This document shows positions 40,506 through 49,934 of a stretch of DNA of 58,554 bases, piece by piece. A program made the translations under genes and the position numbers. The notes beneath the pieces are model-generated. The model saw only the letters and a list, made by a program, of their open reading frames with translations. It did not search any database and was not told the origin of the DNA. Every line of letters starts with the position of its first letter. Position 1 is the stretch's first letter. Origin of the DNA: Armatimonadota bacterium (GTDB taxonomy: Bacteria; Armatimonadota; SYMT01); NCBI GenBank assembly GCA_046292385.1, contig JBKBRF010000044.1, positions 1 to 58,554 on the forward strand, in the 5' to 3' direction.

Positions 40506-40817
40506 TTAGAGCCGATCCGAGCGCAGCATTCGCGCGTCGGCCGGCTGCGGCGCGTCGGAGGCCCGGCGCTGCAGGGTGAAGCCGCGGGGCGCGCCGACCC
40601 GGGCGAACGCGGAGTGGCGGCGCGCCCGGTGGTACAAGGCGCGGAAGAGGGCCGGCGTCCAGCGCGACTGCCCGTCCGCGTCCATCCAGGCCAGCTCGGC
40701 GATGCAGTGCTTCACGTCGGCCAGCCCCAGGCGGCCTGCGTCTCCCAGCCGCACCACGCGGGCCGCGGCGCGCACCGTGATCGGATCGAAGCGGTAGTAG
40801 CGACTCTCCTGCTGCAT
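40506..40817 (-). CDS. Small hypothetical protein
   Basis: 103 aa, AGGA RBS, host-like codon use. Confidence 0.55.
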   Translation of the reverse strand: MQQESRYYRFDPITVRAAARVVRLGDAGRLGLADVKHCIAELAWMDADGQSRWTPALFRALYHRARRHSAFARVGAPRGFTLQRRASDAPQPADARMLRSDRL

Positions 40818-40831
40818 ACGGTCCTGCTTTC

Positions 40832-41060
40832 ACTCCCGGGGAGAACCCCCGCGCTCTCGGCGGCTCGCCCGGCGCTCCCGGCCGGAGCGAGCCCATTCGT
40901 TAGAGACATCCCGGCACCCGGGCGATAGCCCGGCGGGCACCTGACTTCGCAGCTCCTCGCGCTCCCGCGGAGCACACCTCATTAGACGCGACCCGCGGCC
41001 GCCTGTCTTGTGGATCAGCTCACACCGGCACTCCCTGGACGAGGCAAGCTCCCCGGGGGT
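40832..41060 (-). ncRNA. Candidate rod-like structured RNA or leader
   Basis: 12-bp end-to-end stem, nested internal stems, TATGGT -10-like hexamer just upstream. Confidence 0.35.
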
Positions 41061-41183
41061 TACACCATAGACGCAGTGCCGCGCGCCTTCCCTGCAGCCG
41101 GTTCGCGTCGGCGGTGCTGAGTTTTCGTGTTTCGGCCGGCGGGGAATGTCCATTCGGTGAACCATGAGCGACGGAAGACACGC

Positions 41184-41189
41184 TATAAT
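41184..41189 (+). promoter_or_regulatory. -10 element for the LCP gene
   Basis: Perfect TATAAT in GC-rich DNA; no good -35. Confidence 0.5.
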
Positions 41190-41403
41190 GGGCGGCGGCC
41201 TGAAAGCCACCGAACTGAGCGGCGACAAACGGGCACCAAACCGTGGATGCTGTCCCGGTTCGGGACCGAATCGCGTTGAAGCAGCGGCGCGGAGAGCGCC
41301 GAAGATAGAAGGGGTTAGGGCCGGTCAGGGGCGGAACGCCCTTTCGGCTCGTCACTCCGTGGGACTGCCCGCGGGGGACTGCCCGGAGAGGAATACACCA
41401 CCG

Positions 41404-43080
41404 GTGCGCGGAGCACAAACCACCAACCGGCCGCAGGCCACCGCAGCACCGCCGCAGCGATCGCGGTGGCGGCTCGCGTTCAAAATCACTGCCGTCCTCT
41501 TCCTGCTCCTGGCGTGTGCCGGGGCGGGGGCGGGGCTGGCGGTGCTGGCGCAGTTCAAAGAGCAGAAGAACCCGTTCGAAGTCCTGTTCGACCTGCCGAA
41601 CACGGCGTTCACGCTGATGGACCCCCGGCGGGAGTTCCCCGGACAGGACCGGATCGTGGTGCTCTGCATGGGGCTCGACCGGAACATCGTCCGCAGCAAG
41701 AACATCCGGCACAACGGGATGCCCTCCACGAAGAACGCCCGCACCGACGTGATGATGGTGGCCACGCTCGACCTGGCGAGCCAGACGGCGAGCATCCTCT
41801 CCATCCCGCGCGACACCCGCGTGATCCTGCCGGGCAAGCGCTACCACGACAAGATCAACTCCGCCCACATGATCGGCGGGATCCCGTACACGCGCGAGGC
41901 GGTGGAAGAGTTCCTCGGGATCAAGGTCGACTACCACGTGGTGATCAAGCAGGAGGCGATCGAGCAGGTCGTCGACGCGCTGGGCGGGGTCGACGTGAAC
42001 GTCGAGGGCGCGCTGAACGGACGCGGCGAGCGCGTGCCAATGTTCTACGAGGACACCTGGGGCAAGCTCTTCATCGACCTTAAACCGGGTCCGCAGCGCC
42101 TCACCGGCGAGCAGCTCGTCGGCTACATGCGCTTCCGCAAGGACGTGGAGGGCGACTTCGGCCGCATCCGCCGCCAGCAGCAGGCGATCCAGTGCCTCAA
42201 GGCGGAGCTGAAGAGCCCCGCGGTGCTGGCGAAGGCGAGCGGCCTGATCGGCGCGGTCAAGAAGTTCGTGAAGACCGATCTCACCCCGTCGCAGCAGATG
42301 GCGCTCGCCACGCTCTTCTACAAGCTCGACACCCAGAACATGGTGACCGCGCAGCTTCCGGTCGCCGACACCCCCACCATCGACGGCATCTCCTACGTGG
42401 TGCCGGACGAAGAGAAGACCGAGGCGATGGTCGACTGGCTGGTGCGCGGCAACCAGGAGGCGATGAACCAGCTCGTGCGCGTGGAGCTGAAGAACGCCAG
42501 CGGCGACCCGGAGCTCTATCAGCAGATGTACCGCATCCTGCGCCACCAGGGCTTCCAGGTCTGGCGCGGCGGCCGCGCGGACGGGGAGCCGATTGCCCGA
42601 ACGCGGGCCGTGCAGCGGACCAACCTGCAGGGCGCCGCGCGCCGCGTGCTGGCAACGCTCGGGATAAACGGGCACGTGGAGAAGGCAGACGAGCGCGGCT
42701 CTGATGTGACGATCTACGTCGGCCAGGACCTCGCCGCCAGTCCGCTGCGGGAAGTAGCCCAGAACCTGGAGGACATGCCGGACGCCCGGATCCGCCGCGT
42801 GGCCTACGCCGGCGACTCCCGGCGCTCTCGCCGCGGCCGGCGCTCCTCGGAGAGCCCGGTGCGCGTCCGCGTCTCCGAGTCGGAAGAGACCTCCACGGAC
42901 GAGCCGCTGGAGGGTGAAGAGACGATCGAGGCCCCCGACGCCGGCGCCGTGGGCGAGGGCGGCGAAGCGGTACCGCCTCCGCCGGATCAACCCGGCACCC
43001 CGAGCGAGCCGTGCAGCAGCCCCCAGCTGGATGAGCCGTCCGAGCCGTCCGACGAGACGCAGGAACTGCTGGAGAGGTAA
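41404..43080 (+). CDS. LCP (LytR-CpsA-Psr) family protein with LytR_C domain and acidic tail
   Basis: TM, RTDVMMV, LSIPRDT, KINSA, YMRFR..GDFGRIRRQQ, VELKNASG; start uncertain (GTG 41404 after GAGGA). Confidence 0.9.
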   Translation: MRGAQTTNRPQATAAPPQRSRWRLAFKITAVLFLLLACAGAGAGLAVLAQFKEQKNPFEVLFDLPNTAFTLMDPRREFPGQDRIVVLCMGLDRNIVRSKNIRHNGMPSTKNARTDVMMVATLDLASQTASILSIPRDTRVILPGKRYHDKINSAHMIGGIPYTREAVEEFLGIKVDYHVVIKQEAIEQVVDALGGVDVNVEGALNGRGERVPMFYEDTWGKLFIDLKPGPQRLTGEQLVGYMRFRKDVEGDFGRIRRQQQAIQCLKAELKSPAVLAKASGLIGAVKKFVKTDLTPSQQMALATLFYKLDTQNMVTAQLPVADTPTIDGISYVVPDEEKTEAMVDWLVRGNQEAMNQLVRVELKNASGDPELYQQMYRILRHQGFQVWRGGRADGEPIARTRAVQRTNLQGAARRVLATLGINGHVEKADERGSDVTIYVGQDLAASPLREVAQNLEDMPDARIRRVAYAGDSRRSRRGRRSSESPVRVRVSESEETSTDEPLEGEETIEAPDAGAVGEGGEAVPPPPDQPGTPSEPCSSPQLDEPSEPSDETQELLER

Positions 43081-43119
43081 TGAAGGTTTACCGGATAGCT
43101 GGTAGCCGGCGGAGCATCC

Positions 43120-43256
43120 GTAGGGCCGCGAGGCATTGAAATACCTCGCTAGAAGGCCTCCGGCCACGCGTCCTCTGGACGCCCGAACCAGGCCCTTCTC
43201 AGTCCCCGCAGGGGGACTTCGTGCCGTGGTTGCCGCGGTTTCAACCGCCCGGTGGC
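43120..43256. repeat. Composite REP element (inverted copy of 18243-18396)
   Basis: Starts with GTAG; two TTGAAA-loop palindromes. Confidence 0.85.
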
Positions 43257-43444
43257 TATCAGACTGATCGGTAAACGCTCACAACCGCTCTCCCGGACCT
43301 CCACTCACCAGAACGAGCCCGCCGCCGCGCGGGCTCGTTCTGCGTTTTGCTTGTCTTTCTCCTCGCCGCCCGCTTCCCGGCAGGCCTCGACGCAGATAGC
43401 GGTGTAGAAGAGCAGTGACGCCGCCGTGACGATCCGGAGACCCG

Positions 43445-46400
43445 ATGCGTATCCGTCCCCTGCCCTTCGCGCTGCTCGCCGCCGCCGTGCTTCTCACCGC
43501 CGCCGCCCGCGCCGCGGACCCGACCGAAGGGATGGTCCTGGTCCCGGCCGGGCCGTTCCGGATCGGCTCTGAGAGCGGAAGCCCGGACGAGAAGCCGGTC
43601 CGCACCGTCACCCTGCCCGCGTTCTACATCGACCGCACCGAAGTGACGGTGGAGGAGTACGCGCGGTTCATCCGCGCGACGCGCCATCCGGCGCCGCCGG
43701 ACTGGCCCGGCGGGAAGCCGGACCCGAAGCGGCTGCAGCACCCGGTGGTGAACGTCTCCTGGTACGACGCGAACGCCTACGCCCGCTGGGCCGGGAAGCG
43801 GCTGCCGACGGAGGCGGAGTGGGAGAAGGCGGCGCGCGGCGCGGACGGGCGGCTCTTTCCGTGGGGCAGCGAGTGGTCGGACGCCCTGGCCAACGTGGAG
43901 GGCGACCGGGGCGAGCAGCCGCTGCGACCGGTTGGCAGCTACCCCGGCGGCGCGAGCCCGTGCGGAGCGCTCGACATGGTGGGGAACGCCTGGGAGTGGA
44001 CCGCGGACTGGTACCAGCCCTACCCCGGAAACCCGGTCCCTTCGATCCACTACGGCGAGAAGTACCGCGCCATCCGCGGCAGCGGGGCGGTCTATTTCTA
44101 CAACAGCCCGCCGGTCCGGATGCGGGAGGCTTCCATCCGCGCCCGCGTGCAGCCGTTCGGGCGCTACGACTCCCTCGGCTTCCGCTGCGCGGCCGACGCT
44201 GCCGAGCCGCGGCGAATCGCCCCGGCGGTGAAGGGTCCCTCCGAGAGAGAGAAGCCGGTCCCGCCGAAGGTGGAGTCCCCGGCGGAGGTCGCCGCCCGCT
44301 ACGCGAAGGGGGTCCCGATCCGGATCTCGGACACGCGGGGCACCGCCCGCAGCGGGGTCGCCACCTTCGGGGTCCCGCTCCCGGAAGGGATCGTAAAGGA
44401 CGCAGGCGCGCTCCGCACCGGCACCCCGCTGCAGGCGCGTCCGCTCGCCCGGTGGCGCGACGGCAGCCTGCGCTGGGTGCTCCTCGACGTGCCGGCAACG
44501 GTGGCCGCGAACGGTTCCGCGTCGGTGATGCTCCGCTGGGATGGGCGCGGGGAGCGCCCGCAGCCCGCCTCTCCGGTCCGCGTCACCCGCGACGGGAGCA
44601 ACGTGCAGATCGACACCGGCGCCGCAAAGGTGTCGATCGACACGGGGAGCACCCGCTGGCTCCGCCTGGAGAGCGCCGGTGAGGTACTCGATGGGCCGCT
44701 GGAGCAGGTGGCCGCTACGGATGAGAAGGGCGCCGAGATCCCGCTCACGATGCAGCCGCCCTCGAAGGTGAATGTCGAGGTCGAGGGGCCGCTCCGGGCG
44801 CGGGTGCGCGTGGAGGGCTGGCTGGTCGACGCCGAGCAGAAGCCGGTGCTCCGCTACCGCTGCCGGGTGGATGCCCGGGCGGGTGAGAAGACGGTTGGGC
44901 TGGTCCACACCTTCACGCACCTGAGCCCCCGCAAGATGCTTCACCTTCGCCGGTATGCCCTCGAGTTCGGTCCCGAGCGACGGGAGCGCCAGACGGTGGA
45001 GATGGGCGGCGACCGGCAGATCCACTCGGCACAGGTGACGTGGGAATCGAGCAGTATCACGCTAGCCCAGATGACCTCGGAAGCCTACACCTGGGGGCGG
45101 GGCGGGGTGACCATTCAGACCCGGGCCAAGGGGTGGATGAGCTTCGGCAACGAGCGCAAGTCGCTGATCGCCCTGCGGCACTTCTGGGAGCAGTTTCCCA
45201 CCTCCCTCTCCTGCTCCGGCATGCGCGCGCAGGTCGGCCTCTGGGAAGTGAGCGAGCCGTTCGAGGCGGACCAGGGGCTCTCCAAGACCCATGAGCTGCT
45301 GCTCGGCGCGGGTCTCACCGCCGCCGAGCGGGCGGAGGCGCTCGCCGGGCTGGAGGAGCCGCTCTTCGGCATCGCGCCGGCCGACTGGTACTGTGCCACT
45401 CGCGGCCTCGGCGTGCTGGCGCCGTATAGCCTCTCCGACTACCCGCAGTTCGAGACGGAGCTGGAGGCGGCGGCGGACCTGATGCACCGGAGCCGCCCCT
45501 ACGGGATGCGCCACTTCGGCGACAACTACTTCGGGGGGCCGCACAAAGGGGAGAACGCCTACCAGAACCTGGAATACGATGTCCCGTACAACCACCTGAT
45601 GCAGTTCGCTCGCACCGGGGCCCGCAAGTACCTCGATACGGCGTTGGTCCAGGCGCGCCACCAGGGCGACATCGACATGAAGCACGACCAGGGCCCGCAG
45701 TGGAAGCACAGCCCGCGTCACACCACGACCGAGGCGGAGCTGGGGCACGTCTTCCTGCGCGGGCTGGTCGCCTCCACCTGGCTTACCGGCGACCCGGAGG
45801 GGCTGGAGAACGCCCGCATCCTGGGCGACTGGCTGATCCAGGTGGTCTCCAATCCCCGCTCTCAGGGCAACGAGCGGCAGATCGGGTGGGGGCTCTACGC
45901 GCTGACCGGGATCTACGAGGCGACCTGGGACGATCGCTACCTCCAGGCGATGAAGGCGAACGTCGACCGTCTCCTCGCGGGGCAGGACTCCCTCGGCCGC
46001 TTCGACATCCGCTACGACAACCGGATCAGCTTCTTCTACGGCGTCACCCTCTCCGGCTTCGTGAAGTACTACGAGGTGACCGGGGACGAGCGGATCGCGG
46101 AGAGCGTCCGGCGCATCGTCGACCGGATCCACGGCTTCTACCCGGAGTACGGCGGCCGCACGCTGGAGGGGCTGGCGTGGCTCTACACCCGCACCGGCGA
46201 CCCGGAAGTGCGCCTCACCGCCCAGCGCACCTGGGAGAGCACCCTGGACTGGCGCGCGCTCGACATCGGCGGCACCAGCATCTTCACCACCCGCTTCCTG
46301 CCGAACGTGCGGATGCTCGGGCTGGCGCCGCCCCCGGAGTGGAAGATCCCGGCCACCGGTCCGGTGGAAGACGGGATGCACCGGCACTACTACCGGGCGC

Positions 46401-47002
46401 CGAGCAGCACGCTCTACCTGCAGGCGGTCGACGCGAAAAGGCCGCTGGAGCTGGTCGTGCTGCGGCACACCGGCCGCACCCCCGGGTCGGTGCGCGTGCT
46501 CGACCGGGGTGGAAAGGAGCTCGCCGCGAAGAGCCTCCCCGCCACCGGCGAGCCGCTCCAGTACGCGCGGCTGCGCCTTCCGGCCGGCGGTCCGTTCCGC
46601 GTCGAGCTGAAGAGCGAGGAGAGCCGCGCCTGGAGCCTAATCACCGCGGAGCCGACGCGGCGCGTCTTCCACATGCCGGACTGGAAGCACGTCGAGGCGC
46701 TCACCCCGCGGGCCTACTTCCAGCTGCCGGCGGGGACGAGGCGGATCACCCTGACGCTCGACGCGCAGGAAGAGGGCTTCAAGGGGGCGGTCGTCTACGA
46801 CCCCCAGGGGAACGTGGCCGGAGTCCTCTCCCGGTTCATCGACCTGGGGGATACGAAGAAATACCAGTACACCCTGGAAGTGCCGGTGCGCGGCGCCTCG
46901 ACGGGGCTCTGGAGCCTGGACCTCCAGAACGTGTCGATCGCCCAGGCGACGGGGATCTCCCCCTACATCGCCACCAACCCCGAGGCGCACTTCACACCCT
47001 GA
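43445..47002 (+). CDS. Secreted fusion: FGE/SUMF1-like domain plus exo-rhamnogalacturonan lyase (PcRGLX/YetA)-like region
   Basis: RLPTEAEWEKAARG, DMVGNAWEW, GFRC; then FGVPLPEG, WRDGSLRW, YGMRHFGD, NLEYD, ARHQGDID. Confidence 0.8.
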   Translation: MRIRPLPFALLAAAVLLTAAARAADPTEGMVLVPAGPFRIGSESGSPDEKPVRTVTLPAFYIDRTEVTVEEYARFIRATRHPAPPDWPGGKPDPKRLQHPVVNVSWYDANAYARWAGKRLPTEAEWEKAARGADGRLFPWGSEWSDALANVEGDRGEQPLRPVGSYPGGASPCGALDMVGNAWEWTADWYQPYPGNPVPSIHYGEKYRAIRGSGAVYFYNSPPVRMREASIRARVQPFGRYDSLGFRCAADAAEPRRIAPAVKGPSEREKPVPPKVESPAEVAARYAKGVPIRISDTRGTARSGVATFGVPLPEGIVKDAGALRTGTPLQARPLARWRDGSLRWVLLDVPATVAANGSASVMLRWDGRGERPQPASPVRVTRDGSNVQIDTGAAKVSIDTGSTRWLRLESAGEVLDGPLEQVAATDEKGAEIPLTMQPPSKVNVEVEGPLRARVRVEGWLVDAEQKPVLRYRCRVDARAGEKTVGLVHTFTHLSPRKMLHLRRYALEFGPERRERQTVEMGGDRQIHSAQVTWESSSITLAQMTSEAYTWGRGGVTIQTRAKGWMSFGNERKSLIALRHFWEQFPTSLSCSGMRAQVGLWEVSEPFEADQGLSKTHELLLGAGLTAAERAEALAGLEEPLFGIAPADWYCATRGLGVLAPYSLSDYPQFETELEAAADLMHRSRPYGMRHFGDNYFGGPHKGENAYQNLEYDVPYNHLMQFARTGARKYLDTALVQARHQGDIDMKHDQGPQWKHSPRHTTTEAELGHVFLRGLVASTWLTGDPEGLENARILGDWLIQVVSNPRSQGNERQIGWGLYALTGIYEATWDDRYLQAMKANVDRLLAGQDSLGRFDIRYDNRISFFYGVTLSGFVKYYEVTGDERIAESVRRIVDRIHGFYPEYGGRTLEGLAWLYTRTGDPEVRLTAQRTWESTLDWRALDIGGTSIFTTRFLPNVRMLGLAPPPEWKIPATGPVEDGMHRHYYRAPSSTLYLQAVDAKRPLELVVLRHTGRTPGSVRVLDRGGKELAAKSLPATGEPLQYARLRLPAGGPFRVELKSEESRAWSLITAEPTRRVFHMPDWKHVEALTPRAYFQLPAGTRRITLTLDAQEEGFKGAVVYDPQGNVAGVLSRFIDLGDTKKYQYTLEVPVRGASTGLWSLDLQNVSIAQATGISPYIATNPEAHFTP

Positions 47003-47018
47003 GCGTGATCGGGCGGTT

Positions 47019-47174
47019 GAAAGATCGCCGGGAGTTGATTCCCGGGGCTCGAGTGAAAGATCGCCGGGAGTTGACTCCCGGCGGAACCAACATGCGCAGT
47101 TCACTGCGCTCCACCAGCGGAGCGGGCAGTCAACTGGCCGCGTTCGGCGCTCCGGGAGTCAACTCCCGGAGATC
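47019..47174. repeat. REP-like palindrome cluster between convergent genes
   Basis: GAAAGATCGCCGGGAGTTGAYTCCCGG x2 direct plus one inverted; relative at 11272. Confidence 0.85.
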
Positions 47175-47200
47175 AACGGACCGCCCCGGAGATCAGCGCG

Positions 47201-48295
47201 TCAGGGCTTCGGCACGAGGCGGCGGATCGCGGCCAGGCGCTCCGCCAACACCTCCGCGCTGCCGGCGGTGAGGGTGACGTGCCCCAGCTTGCGGCCAGGC
47301 CGCGGCTCTTTACCGTAGAGGTGCACCGCCGCGCCCGGCACGCCGAGCAGCGCCGCAAGCGGGGGTGCTTCGCCGACCAGGTTCACCATCGCCGCGCTCC
47401 CGCGCAGCCCGGTGGAGCCGAGGGGCAGGCCGGCAATTGCCCGCAGGTGGTTCTCGAACTGGCTCGTCTCCGCGCCCTCGATCGTCCAATGCCCGGAGTT
47501 GTGGACGCGCGGCGCGATCTCGTTCAGCACCAGCCGGCCGTCGACGTCGAAGAGCTCGATCGTCATGGTGCCGACGTAGTCGAGCGCTTCCATCAGCGCC
47601 CGCGCGCACCGCTCGGCTTCCCGCTGCAGCGCGGGCGATACTCCCGGCGCGGGGGCCAGTGAGCAGGCGAGGATACCGTTCGAATGCTCGTTCTCCACCA
47701 GCGGGTAGAAGACCATCTCCCCGTCGCGGTCGCGGACCGAGATGAGCGACAGCTCGCGGCCGAACGGCACAAAGCCCTCCAGGATCAATCGTCCTGCTTC
47801 CAGCATCGGCCGCGCCTCGTCCAGGTCGCCGGGCCGGCGCAGCACCTGCTGTCCCTTGCCGTCGTAGCCGCCGTAGCAGGTCTTGAGGATCGCCGGCAGC
47901 CCGATGGCGCGGACCGCGCTCTCCAGGCTCGCCGCGTCCGTGACCGGCGCGAACGGCGCGGTGGGGATGCCGAGCCGCTGGGCGAACTGCTTCTCCCGCA
48001 GCCGGTCCTGGGCCACTTCCAGCGCGCGGAGCGACGGCGCCACCGGCAGCCGCTCGGCCAGGCGGGCGGCCGTCTCCACCGGGAGCTGCTCCAGCTCGTA
48101 GGTGACCAGGTCGAGCCCGTCCGCGAAGCGGTCGACCGCTGCCGGATCATCGAGCTCCCCCACCGCCAGCGGCGCCAGCATCCCGGCCGGGGCCTCGGGG
48201 TTCGGATCGAGAAAGCGGAGCCGGAGCCCCAGCCGGTAGCCGGCCATCGCCAGCATCCAGCCGAGCTGCCCCCCGCCGAGCACGCCGATCCTCAT
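47201..48295 (-). CDS. purK: N5-carboxyaminoimidazole ribonucleotide synthase
   Basis: [50 protein letters not shown]. Confidence 0.97.
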   Translation of the reverse strand: MRIGVLGGGQLGWMLAMAGYRLGLRLRFLDPNPEAPAGMLAPLAVGELDDPAAVDRFADGLDLVTYELEQLPVETAARLAERLPVAPSLRALEVAQDRLREKQFAQRLGIPTAPFAPVTDAASLESAVRAIGLPAILKTCYGGYDGKGQQVLRRPGDLDEARPMLEAGRLILEGFVPFGRELSLISVRDRDGEMVFYPLVENEHSNGILACSLAPAPGVSPALQREAERCARALMEALDYVGTMTIELFDVDGRLVLNEIAPRVHNSGHWTIEGAETSQFENHLRAIAGLPLGSTGLRGSAAMVNLVGEAPPLAALLGVPGAAVHLYGKEPRPGRKLGHVTLTAGSAEVLAERLAAIRRLVPKP

Positions 48296-48804
48296 TCCGT
48301 GACCCTCGGGTCCGGGTGCTCCAGGACGGTGCGGGTCTGCGTCTCCCGGTAGCTCCGCAGCGCTTCCCGAATCTCCGGGTACTTGTTCGCCAGCATCGCC
48401 GCAGCGAGCAGCGCCGCGTTGACCGCGCCCGCGCGGCCGATGGCGAGGGTGCCGACCGGAATCCCCGCCGGCATCTGCGCGATGGAGAGGAGCGAGTCGA
48501 GCCCCTTGAGCGCGTGCGACTCCACCGGCACGCCGAGCACCGGGAGGATGGTCTTGGCGGCGGCCATGCCGGGCAGGTGCGCGGCGCCGCCGGCCCCCGC
48601 GATGATCACTTCCAGGCCGCGCTCCTCGGCGCGGCCGGCGTACTCGAAGAGGAGGTCCGGGGTGCGGTGCGCGGAGACGACCCGCACCTCGTGCGGAACG
48701 CCGAGCTTCTCCAGGGTGGCGGCGGCATGCTCCATCGTCGCCCAGTCGGAGCGGGAGCCCATGATCACGCCGACCAGCGGCCGGCCTTCGGTTTCAGCGC
48801 TCAT
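48292..48804 (-). CDS. purE: N5-CAIR mutase
   Basis: [37 protein letters not shown] overlap with purK. Confidence 0.97.
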   Translation of the reverse strand: MSAETEGRPLVGVIMGSRSDWATMEHAAATLEKLGVPHEVRVVSAHRTPDLLFEYAGRAEERGLEVIIAGAGGAAHLPGMAAAKTILPVLGVPVESHALKGLDSLLSIAQMPAGIPVGTLAIGRAGAVNAALLAAAMLANKYPEIREALRSYRETQTRTVLEHPDPRVTE

Positions 48805-48904
48805 GTAGTTCAGGAATTCGGGGTGGGTGCGCAGCCCGGCTGCGCATGGAACGGTAACGCTTCCGCCGGGCCGTTGTCAGGAAGCAGCCCCTCGACGGAC
48901 CCGC

Positions 48905-49270
48905 TCAGGCGCGGCGGACCTCGTCCGGCCAGAGGGTCTTCACCCGCTCCACCGCGGAGCGGAACTCCTCGTAGGGGACCGGGCTGCTCCCGATGAACTC
49001 CACGCCCGCTACCAGCCAGGCCGCCAGCTCCGGCTGCCGGAGCCGGTAGTAGACGTGGCGTCCTTCCCGCCGCTCCACCACCACCCGGTGGGCGCGCAGC
49101 AGCCCCAGGTGCTGCGAGACGCCGGAGTGACTGATCCCCAGGATCTGCTGCAGGGAGTTCACGTCCAGCTCCCCCTCCCGCAGCTCCTCGATGATCCGGA
49201 CCCGATGCGGATGGGACAGCACGCCCAGCAGCGAGGCAAGCTCCTTACTGACCAACAATCGCTCAGGCAT
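48905..49270 (-). CDS. ArsR/SmtB-family transcriptional regulator
   Basis: LSHPHRVRII..L, VSQHLGLLR, RREGRHVYYRL. Confidence 0.92.
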   Translation of the reverse strand: MPERLLVSKELASLLGVLSHPHRVRIIEELREGELDVNSLQQILGISHSGVSQHLGLLRAHRVVVERREGRHVYYRLRQPELAAWLVAGVEFIGSSPVPYEEFRSAVERVKTLWPDEVRRA

Positions 49271-49293
49271 TTGGCAGCTACTTTCTACGGCTT

Positions 49294-49349
49294 ACATTAG
49301 AACATTTGAATGTGTTCGGTAGTCTACTGGAGTTCTCCGCGGCTGTAAA
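49294..49349 (-). promoter_or_regulatory. Sigma70 promoter and palindromic operator of the ArsR gene
   Basis: Minus strand TTTACA (49349-49344), 17-nt spacer, TAGACT (49326-49321); imperfect palindrome ACATTAGAACATTTGAATGT at 49294-49313. Confidence 0.7.
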
Positions 49350-49409
49350 GACCGCGTACCCGCAGGCCGCTTTGGCCCGGCCACTCCTCACGCCCTCTCG
49401 CAAACCGGG

Positions 49410-49892
49410 TTACGGATTCAGGAGGAGATCGTACCGCTCCTCGGTCCGCACCGCCCCCCACAGCGCGTGGGTCCGCGTCTGCGTCCGCTGGAAGCCGGCT
49501 TCCCGGTAGAGGCTGGCCGCCACCGTCAGCTCGCTGAGGGTCCAGAGGAACACCGACCGTGCCCCCGACTGGCGGCAGAACGCAAGGGCCTCCCGCAGCA
49601 GGCGGCGGCCGAGGCCCTTCCCCCGCGCCGCCGGATCGACCAGGAACCAGCGGAGCTGCGCCGCTCCGCCCGGATGCCCGACGACCGCCACCGAGCCGAC
49701 CACCCGGCCGCCGGTCTCCGCCAGCCACAGCCGGTCCCGCTCCGAATGATAGGCCTGCGCGAGCTTTCCCAACTCCGCCGCCACGTAGCCCTCGAAGGTG
49801 GTGTCGAGACCATACTCCGCGGTGTAGACCGTGCCATGCAGCGCGACGATCAGCCCGAGATCTCCCGGCCGAAGGGTGGTGCGAAGCTGCAT
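49410..49892 (-). CDS. GNAT-family N-acetyltransferase
   Basis: AQLRWFLVDPAARGKGLGRRL, A..LYREAGF. Confidence 0.92.
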   Translation of the reverse strand: MQLRTTLRPGDLGLIVALHGTVYTAEYGLDTTFEGYVAAELGKLAQAYHSERDRLWLAETGGRVVGSVAVVGHPGGAAQLRWFLVDPAARGKGLGRRLLREALAFCRQSGARSVFLWTLSELTVAASLYREAGFQRTQTRTHALWGAVRTEERYDLLLNP

Positions 49893-49934
49893 GGGAGGGA
49901 TGCGCGAAGTGGACGGCGCGCCGAAGCCGACCTG

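Noticed and set aside
41164..41403. N-terminal extension of the LCP ORF
   Set aside because: It spans a TATAAT promoter element and encodes low-complexity sequence; a later start is more likely.
47019..47174. Repeats with TTGAAA resembling CRISPR repeats (also 18243, 43120)
   Set aside because: Only two direct copies with a 9-nt gap plus an inverted copy; no unique spacers and no cas genes; REP-like instead.
48805..48904. Purine-related riboswitch (ZTP, PRPP, guanine) before purE
   Set aside because: Consensus motifs not recognisable; only a TGCGCAGCC/GGCTGCGCA palindrome is present.
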